The notes under the pieces were generated by a model, which made no database searches, was not told the DNA's origin, and saw only the letters and a program-made list of their open reading frames with translations. This document shows positions 1 to 11,100 of a DNA stretch of 64,000 nt, in pieces. Each line of letters opens with the position of its first letter. Position 1 is the first letter of the stretch. Position numbers and translations under genes: made by a program. This stretch comes from Clostridia bacterium (GTDB lineage Bacteria; Bacillota; Clostridia; Oscillospirales; Acutalibacteraceae): NCBI GenBank assembly GCA_017465505.1, contig JAFTWB010000002.1:263-64262 (forward strand), written 5' to 3'.

Positions 1-803
1 CGCATTTTTGAAATCTGAAAGCGGTTTACAACAAAGTAGATTATGGTTTTATCTGTATTTGAGTAACCGCCCTTTGCCTCAATTTTAGTGGTACCGCACT
101 CAAAGGCCGCCATAAGGGCAAGGCTTATTTCTTCTGCTTTATCGGTTATAATCATAACCTCTTTGCTTCTGTCAAAGCCTTCAACCACAAAGTCAACGGT
201 CTTAAGCCCTGCGGCATAGGTGACAATTGAATAAAGAGGAAGAATCCAGCTTTTTAAGATAACACCGCAGATAACGTAAAGAATCACGTTATAAATCATA
301 ACAAATGTACCAACGGTGATGTTGAGTCTCTTGGCGAAAATAACCGCCATAACCTCCACGCCGTCAATAGCCCCTCCGTAGCGGATTGTCAGGCCGCTTC
401 CGATACCTGAGATTATACCGCCGAAAAGAGCACACAAAAGTAAATCTTCACCTGCCAAGGGAGAAGCAATGCTTACATCCACAGGCAGAATATCTGTAAT
501 AAGCCACGAGCCTAAGGAATAAACGCCAACAGTGAAAAGAGAGTAAACCGTAAAGGCCGCACCCTGTTTTTTAAGTCCGATAAGAAAAAGGGGTATGTTC
601 AAAATCAGCAGCCACACTGAGAGAGTCATATACTCTGGGGTAATCTGGGAAAGAAGAATGGACGTGCCTGAAATTCCGCTATCATAAAGCTTAACAGGTG
701 CAAGAAAAGCGGTTACGCCAAAGGCGTTTATACATCCTGCGATAAAAAGTGCAATAAAATTCTGCCACCGCAGATTTTTAAGGTCTGACAAAAAGTTTTT
801 CAT
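1..803 (-). CDS. YitT family membrane protein (3' end runs off the window)
   Basis: Manual translation from ATG at 803 (GGAG RBS): MKNFLSDLK...YDSGISG...LNIPLF...GGAIDGVEVMA...VDFVVEG. Multi-TM N-terminal part plus a soluble DUF2179-like C-terminus. Absent from the ORF track because it has no stop in the window. Confidence 0.85.
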   Translation of the reverse strand, partial: MKNFLSDLKNLRWQNFIALFIAGCINAFGVTAFLAPVKLYDSGISGTSILLSQITPEYMTLSVWLLILNIPLFLIGLKKQGAAFTVYSLFTVGVYSLGSWLITDILPVDVSIASPLAGEDLLLCALFGGIISGIGSGLTIRYGGAIDGVEVMAVIFAKRLNITVGTFVMIYNVILYVICGVILKSWILPLYSIVTYAAGLKTVDFVVEGFDRSKEVMIITDKAEEISLALMAAFECGTTKIEAKGGYSNTDKTIIYFVVNRFQISKM

Positions 804-906
804 ATATTCACTCCTTCTGTTTTAAACAGTATAACATACTTTTAAAATCCAAACAAGGCTCAGTAGCACAAAAAAGCACCCGAGCAAGGCACGGGTGCGG
901 TGGTAA

Positions 907-1575
907 TTATTTCCTTCTTTTTTTGATGTAAAGTAGAAACTCTTCTAATCCAAGGTAAGCCCATAGCCTTATGGTAACAATAGCCTCGGTAAGAATATAC
1001 TCCTGTGCAGAAAACCTTGGGTCAATAAGGCCGCATATTACAGGAATAAGAATCAAAACCGCTGACAAAAGAGCACAGTAAACAAGCTTTACTTTCAAGG
1101 AGATTCTTCCTTTGCCTGAAACCAGAAGCAATAGCAAAGCGGCAAAGCCTGCAAAGGAAAGGAAATTCAAGCAGGAGTCAAGGACTTTCCAAATATCAAT
1201 CAGCTTCCAATGAGCCTGCCACAGAGGCATAAGCTCCTCTGGCATACCGCCTTCAGGCAAGGAGAAAAACAGTTGTGCACTTAAAAACAGTAAGGAAGCC
1301 GTCAAAGCTAAAGCTGCTAAAAGTGCAAAAAGAGCAACGGCGATTATTTTTATCCGACGATTTGCTTTAAGCTCTTTGTCACATCCGTAAATCAGGCTAT
1401 CCAGTTCAATGCCGAAAATTTCGCAGTATTTTATCAAAGTATCAATATCAGGACGAGTTCTGCCTGTTTCAAAGCTGGAAATTGTCTGTCTTGTTACGTT
1501 TAGTTTCTCAGCCACCTGCTCCTGAGTAAGATTACGGCTGAGTCTTAGCTCTCGCAGGCTCTCGTGTATTTTCAT
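907..1575 (-). CDS. XRE-family HTH regulator with C-terminal transmembrane helices
   Basis: LRELRLSRNLTQEQVAEKLNVTRQTISSFETGRTRPD is an HTH_3 motif, followed by about 4 hydrophobic segments. ATG at 1575 with GAGG RBS preferred over 1593. Confidence 0.85.
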   Translation of the reverse strand: MKIHESLRELRLSRNLTQEQVAEKLNVTRQTISSFETGRTRPDIDTLIKYCEIFGIELDSLIYGCDKELKANRRIKIIAVALFALLAALALTASLLFLSAQLFFSLPEGGMPEELMPLWQAHWKLIDIWKVLDSCLNFLSFAGFAALLLLLVSGKGRISLKVKLVYCALLSAVLILIPVICGLIDPRFSAQEYILTEAIVTIRLWAYLGLEEFLLYIKKRRK

Positions 1576-1615
1576 ATTTTCACCTCGGCTCAAGGGTAAA
1601 TCAAAAGCCCTAAAA

Positions 1616-1636
1616 AGTCAAGCAACAATCTGTTGC
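1616..1636 (-). promoter_or_regulatory. Putative XRE autoregulatory operator (GCAACA-N3-TGTTGC) next to a TTGACT -35-like box
   Basis: Palindrome at 1622-1636, immediately upstream (minus strand) of TTGACT at 1616-1621, in front of the XRE gene. Confidence 0.45.
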
Positions 1637-1659
1637 GTCCCGTTCTTAAGCGGTTTTTC

Positions 1660-2526
1660 TTATTTTTCTACCTGAAGCGTAACCAGAACAACCTCGGGGC
1701 GGTTGTTGACTCTGAAAGGAAAAAGGCTGTTGCCCAAGCCTCGGCTGACTATCATATTTGAGCCGTCCTCGGTGTAAAGGCCTGCGTCAAACTTTGGATT
1801 AAAGCCTTGGTTGGGAGCAAAAGCACCGCCTAAAACGGGAAGTCTGAACTGACCGCCGTGAGCGTGGCCGCTGAGGGTTAGAGTGATATTATTCTTTACA
1901 TAAACCTCAAAAAGCTCCGGGCGATGAGAAAGCAAAAGGGTAAACCCGCTTGTATCAGCACCGAGTTCACTAAGCTTTTCATTCATTGCAATGCTTTCCG
2001 AAACAGATAAATCTGTAAAAAACGTGGGGTCGTTTACACCTATAAGGGTTATGGACTCTGTGCCTCTTTCAAGTTCAATGGAAGTATCACGCAAAACTGT
2101 GACACCCACAGTCTCAAGCCCATCAGTAAGCTTTAAAAAGTCCTCTTCAACTCTTGCTTCGTGATTACCTGTAACATAGTAGCAAGGTGCAATTTTCACG
2201 GCTTTTTCGGCAAAGCTGAGAGAAACCTCAACATCTGTACTGTAAGAGTCAATCATATCCCCTGTAATGGCAATGATGTCAGGGTCGCAACTTTTCAGAA
2301 GAGCAAGGAGCTTTTTATTGTCTTTGCCAAATTCGTCGTTATGTAAATCCGAAACGTGAGCCACACGAAAGCCCTCAAAGCTTTTCGGAAGCTTTGGACT
2401 GCTTACGGTAATTTCGTTAAGACTCAGAGCCTTGTTGCCCCAGCAGATAAGCCCTGTGAAAAGAATTATCAGCATAAGCACAGAGCTGAGCAAGATAATC
2501 AAAGCTTTCTTTTTCTTATTTTTCAT
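1660..2526 (-). CDS. Membrane-anchored calcineurin-like metallophosphoesterase (YkuE/YaeI-like)
   Basis: DLH, GD..D, GNHE, LLSH and GHAHGGQ motifs; N-terminal TM anchor. Confidence 0.9.
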   Translation of the reverse strand: MKNKKKKALIILLSSVLMLIILFTGLICWGNKALSLNEITVSSPKLPKSFEGFRVAHVSDLHNDEFGKDNKKLLALLKSCDPDIIAITGDMIDSYSTDVEVSLSFAEKAVKIAPCYYVTGNHEARVEEDFLKLTDGLETVGVTVLRDTSIELERGTESITLIGVNDPTFFTDLSVSESIAMNEKLSELGADTSGFTLLLSHRPELFEVYVKNNITLTLSGHAHGGQFRLPVLGGAFAPNQGFNPKFDAGLYTEDGSNMIVSRGLGNSLFPFRVNNRPEVVLVTLQVEK

Positions 2527-2549
2527 ATACGTCACCAAATTTTATGTCT

Positions 2550-3029
2550 TTATTTCAAAAAAGCTGAGTAGGTGTCTATTTCTTCAGTAGCTTCCATAAG
2601 AAACTGACGGCAAAGGTCATCTTTAACCAAAACTTTGCCTGCTTTTTTCAGGGCTTTGAAAAAGCGTTTGTCAAAAATAATTTCGTCGCTGTGAGTTATA
2701 AGAGGGCAAAGTCTTGCTCCTCTGAAATCTGCCTCTACAAAAACTCTGCCCTTTTCGTCCACTGTGGGAAAGAAAGGAAAAATCCTGCAAGCAAGAGGAC
2801 GGTCATTTCTGTGGCAACTGCCTGAGCAAACCACAAGGCGGACTCCGTTTGGAAGCTCCTTGACAGGGAGAGTGGTTTCTTCAAAAGGAAAAAGCCTCAT
2901 ACCTGTGTTTTCGTCACCTTTGCAACAGGCACAGCCACAGAGCTTTCCGCAGTCGGCTTTCAAGGGGGTCAGGTCCCCTATTATTCTGAAAATTTTCTCG
3001 TACATTTTAGAGTAGTCTGTGTTTTTCAT
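2550..3029 (-). CDS. Cys-rich putative Fe-S/Zn-binding protein (YkgJ-like)
   Basis: CGKLCGCACC, RPLACRIFPF and CP motifs. Confidence 0.6.
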   Translation of the reverse strand: MKNTDYSKMYEKIFRIIGDLTPLKADCGKLCGCACCKGDENTGMRLFPFEETTLPVKELPNGVRLVVCSGSCHRNDRPLACRIFPFFPTVDEKGRVFVEADFRGARLCPLITHSDEIIFDKRFFKALKKAGKVLVKDDLCRQFLMEATEEIDTYSAFLK

Positions 3030-3182
3030 AGCTTTTCCACCTTTTAATTTCTTTTTATAGTATATAATGAGCGAAGAATAATTTCAAGTTTCTCAAAAAC
3101 ATACAAAAAATGAAACTCAGTGTTGTTTTTTTTAGAACAATCTGTTATGATAATTAGAGATAACATTTAAGGTGGTATCACT

Positions 3183-4484
3183 ATGAAACTTAAACGCACA
3201 TTGGCTCTTGCACTGTCCTTTGTTCTGATTCTGGTTTGTTGCACGGTTTCAGCCTTTGCCAAGGACGAAGAAGTTACAAAAACAGTTAAGCTTCTTGCAA
3301 GCTTCAACAACTGGGAAGAAGCAGATATGCAGTCAGAAGACGGCAAAATTTTCACTCTTACTCAGGACGTAGAAGCAGGCAACTATCAGTTTATCATTAA
3401 AGAAGACGGCAAGGTTCTGGGTCACCCCGGCACAGTGAAGGACACCACCGCAAATGTTTGTCTTGACGGTTGGGCTCTTAACCCTCAGATTACCACTAAA
3501 ACAACCTTTATCGCCACAGGCGGTGCTTACACATTTACATACAATACCGAAACAGATATGCTTCAGCTTGTTAAAAAAGGGGCAACCGCTCCAACAGATA
3601 AGGGCGACGACCTTACAATAAGCTTTAGCGGTAAAAAGATAACTGCAAAGGTTGGCGATAAGCTCACTTACACAGTTAATCTTAAGGCTGACAAGGTTTT
3701 TGAGGACGTTCAGACTGCTTTAAGCTATAACAGCAAAAAGCTTGAACTTAAGAAAACTACTCTCACCGAAGCTTGTCCAAACTTAGGCGATGTTACCTTC
3801 AACAACGAGCAAAAGGGTGTTGTTACTGTTAACTCCTCAAGTGTTGCAGGCTTTGACTTTACAAAGGAAAATATGTTCCTTACTCTTGAGTTTGAGGTTC
3901 TTGAAAAAGGCGAAACCGCTCTTGAGTTTACAGTTCAGGATATGACAGTAAAGGGTGCTCAGCAGTCCTACTACTTTTACAGTGTGAAGAAATCCGAAGG
4001 TGCAGTTTTCACTGAGGATATTAAGAATAACTCCGTACAGGAAACCACCGCTCCCACAACGCCCAGCGAGCCTGCTTCCACTCCTGCAAGTGAAAGCACA
4101 GACCCCTCAGAAGCTCCTTCCACCACTCCTTCAAATCCTGCCACCAAGCCCTCTGACTCCACCGACCCAATTGAAACAACAGAGGCAACAACCCCCACAT
4201 CCTCTGCACCTGCTACATCCGCTACAACAGGCACTGAAGGCACAACCACTTCCACCGACCCCTCTGAGACAGGCACAACAGGCGTGGGTTCAACCTATGA
4301 GCTTGGCGACGTAAACCGCGACGGCAAGCTGAATATCCGTGACGCAACCGCTATTCAGAAGCACCTGGCAAAGCTTATTGACTTTGACGACGAGCAGAAG
4401 GCTCTGGCTGATTTTCAGGCTGACGGCAAGCTCAACATCAAGGACGCAACAAGAATCCAGAAAAAACTTGCAAATCTTTTATAA
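3183..4484 (+). CDS. Secreted adaptor-scaffoldin-like protein: signal peptide, CBM48/X25-like domain, cohesin-like domain, P/T/S linker, C-terminal dockerin
   Basis: Signal peptide ending VSAFA; SFNNW...AGNYQF domain; KVGDKLTYTVNL...LSYNSKKLEL...FLTLEFEVL cohesin-like pattern; duplicated GDVNRDGKLNIRDAT / ADFQADGKLNIKDAT Ca-binding loops. Confidence 0.75.
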   Translation: MKLKRTLALALSFVLILVCCTVSAFAKDEEVTKTVKLLASFNNWEEADMQSEDGKIFTLTQDVEAGNYQFIIKEDGKVLGHPGTVKDTTANVCLDGWALNPQITTKTTFIATGGAYTFTYNTETDMLQLVKKGATAPTDKGDDLTISFSGKKITAKVGDKLTYTVNLKADKVFEDVQTALSYNSKKLELKKTTLTEACPNLGDVTFNNEQKGVVTVNSSSVAGFDFTKENMFLTLEFEVLEKGETALEFTVQDMTVKGAQQSYYFYSVKKSEGAVFTEDIKNNSVQETTAPTTPSEPASTPASESTDPSEAPSTTPSNPATKPSDSTDPIETTEATTPTSSAPATSATTGTEGTTTSTDPSETGTTGVGSTYELGDVNRDGKLNIRDATAIQKHLAKLIDFDDEQKALADFQADGKLNIKDATRIQKKLANLL

Positions 4485-4504
4485 TTAAATCCAAGACAAA
4501 CAAG

Positions 4505-4534
4505 AATCCCTGAGCACTGCGCTCAGGGATTTTT
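4505..4534. terminator. Intrinsic terminator between convergent dockerin genes
   Basis: AATCCCTGAGC-actgc-GCTCAGGGATT hairpin followed by a T run. Confidence 0.8.
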
Positions 4535-4537
4535 GCT

Positions 4538-4927
4538 TTACATTGCAGGGATAATGGGTAAAGTGATTATATTATCCTCGTCGTTAGGTGTACCTTGGTG
4601 CATAGCTTTAGGCTCAAAAAGCTGAGGCTCAAGCTTTGCAAGAAACTTCTGCAAAAAGGTCACGTCCTTGATGTTGAGAGCACTCTCACCGTCTACGTTG
4701 GCTCTTCTCTGCTGAGAGTATGAAAACTCAAGAAGATTTGCAAGGTGTTTTTGGGTAAAGGTTGCGTCTTTGATGTTAATGTCTTTATTTGCGTCCACAT
4801 CGCCCTGACGATACACGCCGCCGGGTGCTACTTCTGCCTCTCCATCCTCGGCAAAGGCGGTAATGGAAAAGCAGGATAAAGCAAATAAAACAGCAAACAC
4901 AAAGACTGATAAACGTAGATTTTTCAT
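4538..4927 (-). CDS. Small secreted dockerin-only protein
   Basis: Signal peptide (TAFA); GDVDANKDINIKDAT and ANVDGESALNIKDVT repeats; short tail ending DNIITLPIIPAM. Confidence 0.8.
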   Translation of the reverse strand: MKNLRLSVFVFAVLFALSCFSITAFAEDGEAEVAPGGVYRQGDVDANKDINIKDATFTQKHLANLLEFSYSQQRRANVDGESALNIKDVTFLQKFLAKLEPQLFEPKAMHQGTPNDEDNIITLPIIPAM

Positions 4928-4939
4928 AATTCTGCTCCT

Positions 4940-5101
4940 TTACAGGTTTACGGTAACGCCCATTTCGCCGGCGATACCGTTTTTGCCTGCAAGATCTCCC
5001 TCGTTGTCTTCTTTAGAAATATCGCCGCTTGCCACTAAAACGTCAGCACGGGGAAACAAACACACTTCAATCTCAACGCCCTTATATACTTTTTTATTCA
5101 T
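4940..5101 (-). CDS. 53-aa peptide (paralog of 23901-24032)
   Basis: ATG at 5101 with GGAG RBS; MNKKVYKGVEIEVCLFPRADVLVASGD...; tightly packed between operon neighbours. Confidence 0.75.
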   Translation of the reverse strand: MNKKVYKGVEIEVCLFPRADVLVASGDISKEDNEGDLAGKNGIAGEMGVTVNL

Positions 5102-5120
5102 AAAAAACTCTCCGTTCTTT

Positions 5121-8100
5121 TTACTGTTTTGCTCTGAAAGCCATAGCTTCAGTATAATACGCATACAATGCCTTAACTACATTTTTCATTGTTTCGCTGT
5201 CTGAAGTCTGAAGAATTACATAGCCGTAGCTTAAAGCACTATAATTAAGGGTCAAATCACCAACGCAAACTTCATAAGGCTTATGCAAATTATGAACAGG
5301 TATATCCTCTACCCTGACATAATGGTAGCTTCCGTTTGGAAGAGGCGTTACCTTCTCGCCCTTGACTGTTACGTTGAGAGTTTCCACATCTTTCGGGTTA
5401 TTGAAGTAGAAATAGTGCTTGATATCTGTGCCTGTTTTGAATACAAGGGACGAGCCGTAGTATTCGACCCCTTCCTGATAGCCCGAATAAGTGTACTGAT
5501 AATGACTTAAATCACAGTCCTTTAAAACCTTTTCCTCTTCTGAGATATGCTCTGAAGCATTGGCAAGGTCGTCGGTTCTGTAATCGAAGTGAAGCTGGCA
5601 ATATGCTCCGTAGTTGAGCATTGCTTTTACAACCTCTACTGCGTCGGGGTATGTGTCGGCATTATCCAGAATATAATCCGCATACTGCTTTACGGAATAT
5701 GTGAAAACATCGTTTTCCCCTTCAAGGTCTTTGCTTGTTACAATCTGGCACTTTATTTCACTGGTCATTTCCTTAGCGGCAACTCCGCAGGTGAAAATGT
5801 AAAATTTTCCCTGAGTTTCTGCTTCGCTCACCAGGAACTCCTCAGTATAGGTTGAGCCTGACTGAGGCACTGTAAACACCAGCTTTGCCTCGGGGTCATT
5901 TAAAACCTGCTCATCAAGCACCATATAGTAGGTCACGTTGATTCTGCCGCCAAGTCCCACACGGAAGCTGTGAATACCCGAAAGTTTGCCTTCCTTAAGG
6001 CCGATACACTTCATACAAACATTGTAATTGTTGAAGCTGTGTTCATCAACGATTTTTGTATTGGAGTAACCTGTCAGCTCTCCTGAGCATTTGGTGTTTT
6101 TGTAGACGGTGCCGCCTTCAAAAACGGGATAGATATCAACAGGTTTGCCGTTATCAAGATTCTGATACCACACCTGTGTGCCATCCTCAACTTCTTTATT
6201 AAGAAGTCTGGCAACCTCGCCACTTGCAAACTGTGCTTCGGTACAGGGAGTGCCCATTTTGTCGTGGTTATTATCCCCTGTTTTAAGGGTGTCCAGATAA
6301 TAAACGTTGTCTGTAAAGGAAAAATCGTTTATTATACGTCCCACAACAGGACCAAAGCTGCCTTGAGCGTTGGTGAATTTGCCGTAAACGTGAGAATTAC
6401 TAATGTTGTCATCATCGCTCAAACCGCCGTCGCCCACAATACCGCCTGCACTGATTGAGATATTCAGGGGGTTATCCTTTAAATCCACATAGCAGGAGTC
6501 GATATTAACAGCACCGTGAGGATTACCGAGAATACCGCCGAAGTAATAAACAATAAGGTCATCGTTAAAGGTATAGGTGTTTGAGGACGAGGCTTTTGTG
6601 ATTTTCACCGAATCATAATAGGAATTGACTCCACCCACAACACCTCCGAGAGCATACACAAAGCTTGCCTCTGTCAAATCAAGATTCACTCTTACCTGAA
6701 TGTTGTTAACTTCGCATTGTTTCAGAGCTTTGCCAACCAAAACGCCGATATCAATATTGTGAAGAACTCTTTCATCTCTTGACTCAACCTTAAATTCTCC
6801 ATCAAGGTTAAGGTTTTCAATCTTACCTGAAGAATATCCGAACAAACCGATTCCATAGCCGTAAGAGCCGTAAACCGTAACATTGCTGATGGTGTAGCCC
6901 TGACCGTCAAGCGTGCCTTTAAAGGGGTCTGTCTGCTTATAGCCTATAGGGTCAAGGGGCTTACCTGCTACGTCAAAGCTGTTGATAACAAGATAATCGC
7001 CCTGAGCTAATTCCGGGATACCTCTGTTAACACCCTCAGACATAACACAAAGGTCTTCGTAACAACCGATTAAGAATCTGCCCTCAAAGTCTTTGTCCAA
7101 TTGCTCCTGCAAGGGGTAGTTTGAGCAGGGCTTTGAAGGAAGATTGACGTCATACACATAATTATCATTGTTGCATATAAAGTCGGGGTAATCCTCGGGA
7201 GTTTTGCCGTTATCAATGTTCTGATACCAGTCAACTCCCTCTTCGGTTACATTGCCGTTAAGCGCAAAGGCAACCTCGCCTGATTTAAACTGAGCCTTGG
7301 TCATAGACTTTGCTCCGCTTGAATCTGACAAATTACCCTCTGAGTAATAATAGCAGTTTTGTACAGTGCCGCTGTTTTCGAAAACAAAGCCGTAAGCCAC
7401 GCCGTTTTCGTCTGTAATTTCGTTATTGAAGGCAAAGGTGTTCACAATGATACCCTCATTACGATTTGCCACGGTACTACGTATGGAGTTTACAAAATTA
7501 TTTGCTGCGTAATCCTTGAGGTAACAGTTTACAACAGCACAATTATTCACAACTGCTCCTTCTGTGTTGTAACCTGTAATAAAGGCACCATAATTATAAG
7601 CAGATGTGCCTGAATTTACTATTTCAAGCTGGGAATTCTTAACCATACATTTAGAGATAATTCCCCTGTTAACACCTGCAACAACGCCCACGCTGCCCTC
7701 GTAATTATGAAGTGCTGTATATGCGTTATCCAGATAAAGATTTTTGATTACACCATTTTCCCCAAGAGCAGGTGTAAGTCCGTAAGTGTCCGAGTTAATT
7801 GAGCCAATGTTCTGATGGAGGTTTCTTATGGTATAAAATGCTCCGTCCAGAGTGCCTTCAAAAGCCTTTTCCTTTGAGTTCAAGCCGCCAAAGGGTACGC
7901 CGCTCATATCAATGTCATTTTCCAGCTTGAAATAAGCGCTGAGGTAAGGCACATAGCTTTCGTCGTACCATCTGTACTGAAGAACCTGATCTTTGTTTAC
8001 CTTTTCAATAAACTTAAGCTCCTCGGGGCTTGAGATGAGATAAGGGGACTCTTCTGTACCGTATCCGGGAATAATAAGCACAGTGTCGGCGTAGTGATTG

Positions 8101-11100
8101 CTCAAGGTTACCTGACCTTCGGGCATTGTGAAAACAATTTCGCCGTATCCTTCTGAGTCTGCCTCTTCTCCTGTGGTATATGGAATCTCCATATTATTAT
8201 GAAGGATTCTGAAGTCCACAAGGGATGTATGGGTATAGTAATAAAGAGTTACCTTATCGCCCTCGGAGGCATACTCAGGCAGTCTGGATGTATCCAGAAG
8301 CTTAATCTGATGAGAATCTGTGAAGACGGCTTTATCCTGAGCGTCCACTCCCAGATTGATATAAGATACTTCCCTATTATCTCCCCCTGCTACGAAAGCT
8401 CTGCCCTGTTCATCTCTTCCCCACAATGCATAATCATTATTCTGCTCTGCTCTCTTGGAATATTCGGCAAGAGTTTCATCTGTTACATCTTCGGAGTCTC
8501 TAAAGCTCTCGGTAAAGCTTATTGTAACATAAATAGGGTCAGGACTGAGGGGAGGTCTTTTGCCGATATTATCTTCAGTTGAACAATCTGCAAAAATACA
8601 GGAGGTTACATTCAGAGGTGAACTGATAATTTCAGCTTCTGCTTTACCAAAAATAAAGCCTTGCTTTCCCGCATTGGAGTAAATACTCTCGAAGTAACAA
8701 TTCTCAACTCGGGAGGAAGACACTTCCCTGCTATATTTACCCGAAACACAGCCCATATAGGTGCCGCCGTTTACGGAAATATTTCTGAAGGTTGCGTTCA
8801 TTATAGTTGTGTAACCGCCAAGCTCTGTGGCAATAACAGAAGCATACTGACTTGAGCCTGCATTGATTTCAACGTTTTCTATAATTATGTTTTTCAGTGT
8901 GGAATTTGATATAAACTCAAAAAGAGCCGAGCCGTTTACTGTTATACCTGAAATACTGTGGCCATTACCATCCAAGTCACCATTAAATTCCTTTATGCTG
9001 TCAACCAAGGCACTTGAGCCCTCAATATCACTTCCCAAGGCGAAATGAGCAGCGTAAAAGAATGCCTCTGACTTAACAACACTATCTCCTGAAATGTAGT
9101 AATAGTTATATTTCTCTCGGGAATTGATAGCCTCAACCATAGCCTTAAGCTGGTCAATGTTATTGATTACAAAGGGGTCTTGGTCTGTACCTGAGCCTGC
9201 AAAAGCAGACTTATCCCCTACAGGCACAATGCGGATACTTCTGTCGGGCATTGTGAAGGTAGCACTTGTGCCGTCGGCTGAAAGTGAAATTTCAATATCA
9301 AGCTCATTAGCACCAAGGTCTGTGACACTGATATTTTTTACACCTTCTGAAAGGTTGACGGTAATAAGGCTGCCTGCCTTCTGAAGCTTTGTGTCTGTTG
9401 TGATTTCACCTGCGTTTGAAGAAAGAGGCAAAACAAAATACTCAAGCCCCTGACGTGTGCAAGGTGTAGGACAGGAATCGAAGAAAGCGGTTTTATGCCA
9501 CTGGGAGTCAAAGGAGTATTTGTCGGCATTCTTCTTTAAAGTAGCAAGAAAATCAGAATCTGACTTTACTGTGCTTCTGGGTTTCTGCTGTGTACCGCTG
9601 CCCCAAGAGGGTTTGAAGGCGTCAGATGTTTCGCCGTTTCTTGCACTGCTGTCGTGGTAACAATCCATATACTTAGAATCCTCAGCATATCCTGCAATTG
9701 CACCAACACTCAGATACTCGGGTTTAACAACAGAGTAAGCGGTAATTTCCGACAAGCAGTAGGAGTTAATAAATTTGCTTCTCTGGGCAAAGCCTGCTAT
9801 ACCGCCCACCCAGGCGTGAACATAGTTTGAGGTCAGTTTAACGTCAACTGCACAGTTTGCAACGGCTGAATCGCTTATGTAGCCTGCAAGGCCGCCTATC
9901 TGAGTTGTACCTTCAAGAGTACCGCTGACAGTACAGCCCGAAATAACCGTGTTAATAGCAGTACCTGCCAGAATACCACGCTGAGAGCCTTTGCCGTCTT
10001 CCATAAGCACTTCGGCGTTTATTATGTTAAGGTTTTTGATTATTGCAGGGTTTTCCTTTGTACCCTTAACAAGACCGAAAAAGCCGATGTAGCTTGTAGA
10101 GTCGGAATATTTATAGTTGTAAATTGATTTGAAGTTTCCGTCAAAAACGCCTTCAAATCCCAGATTATATGTGGAATTATAATTGCCTATGGGAGCGAAG
10201 TCGCCCTGAGAAAGAGTAATGTCATTTTTAAGAATGTAATGAGCAGTGGAGTATTTGTGCTCTTTTTTCTGAGAGTCTGTGTAGGTGATTGACTGCTCAA
10301 TATAGTGCCTTAAAACATCAAGGTCATCTTCACCTGTGATTTCAAAGGGAGATTCTTCCGTGCCGCTTCCAAGGAAGTGATATCTGTCAACCTGGTCGTT
10401 TACAGAAACCGAGGAAATTGTAATTTTAGAATTACAGGGAGAAAAAGCAACCTCAGCCTTTGAAGAATGGGTGGAGGTGTTCACCGTTGTGAAAAAGGTT
10501 TTTACTGCATAATTTGTACCTTCATCGGCAAAAACATCCTGCAAGCCTGACATATAGCCGTAAGAAAGCTGGTTAATGACAGATTTGAGAGAGTAGAAAT
10601 TTCTCTTGCAGGTGGCTTCAACGGTAACTGTATTTCGGATATAGCTGCCGTTTTCATCAAAATATCCTACTCTTGTGAGGATTTCCTTAACCTGATTTTT
10701 GTCGTTTTTAAGGCTCAGGGCGTTGGAGTCGGAGCAGGTAAAGGTAACACTTTCAATTTCCTTGCCTGTTTCCTTGGTTGAATAAAAGTTATCGTCAATC
10801 AAAACTTTAATCCACGCCTCTTTGCCGTCAATACTGATTTCAGGCTCGTTATTGCTGTTTAGTTTAAAAAGCAGTGCGTAATCTTCTTTATCCCCTGTGT
10901 GTATGGAGTTTCTTTCCATAAGCTTTGAGTTAAGCTCAACAGCAAGCTCTGCAAAAGTTTTGGTAAAGGCTTCACCATCAAAGGTAAACACCTGTGAATT
11001 TTGCAAGTAATAACAACTCTCCCCCGGGTTACCGTAACCGCACAACGGGTTAAAGGTTATGTTATCTCCAAAAGTAGGGGTAGAATCAACAACTGCGACA

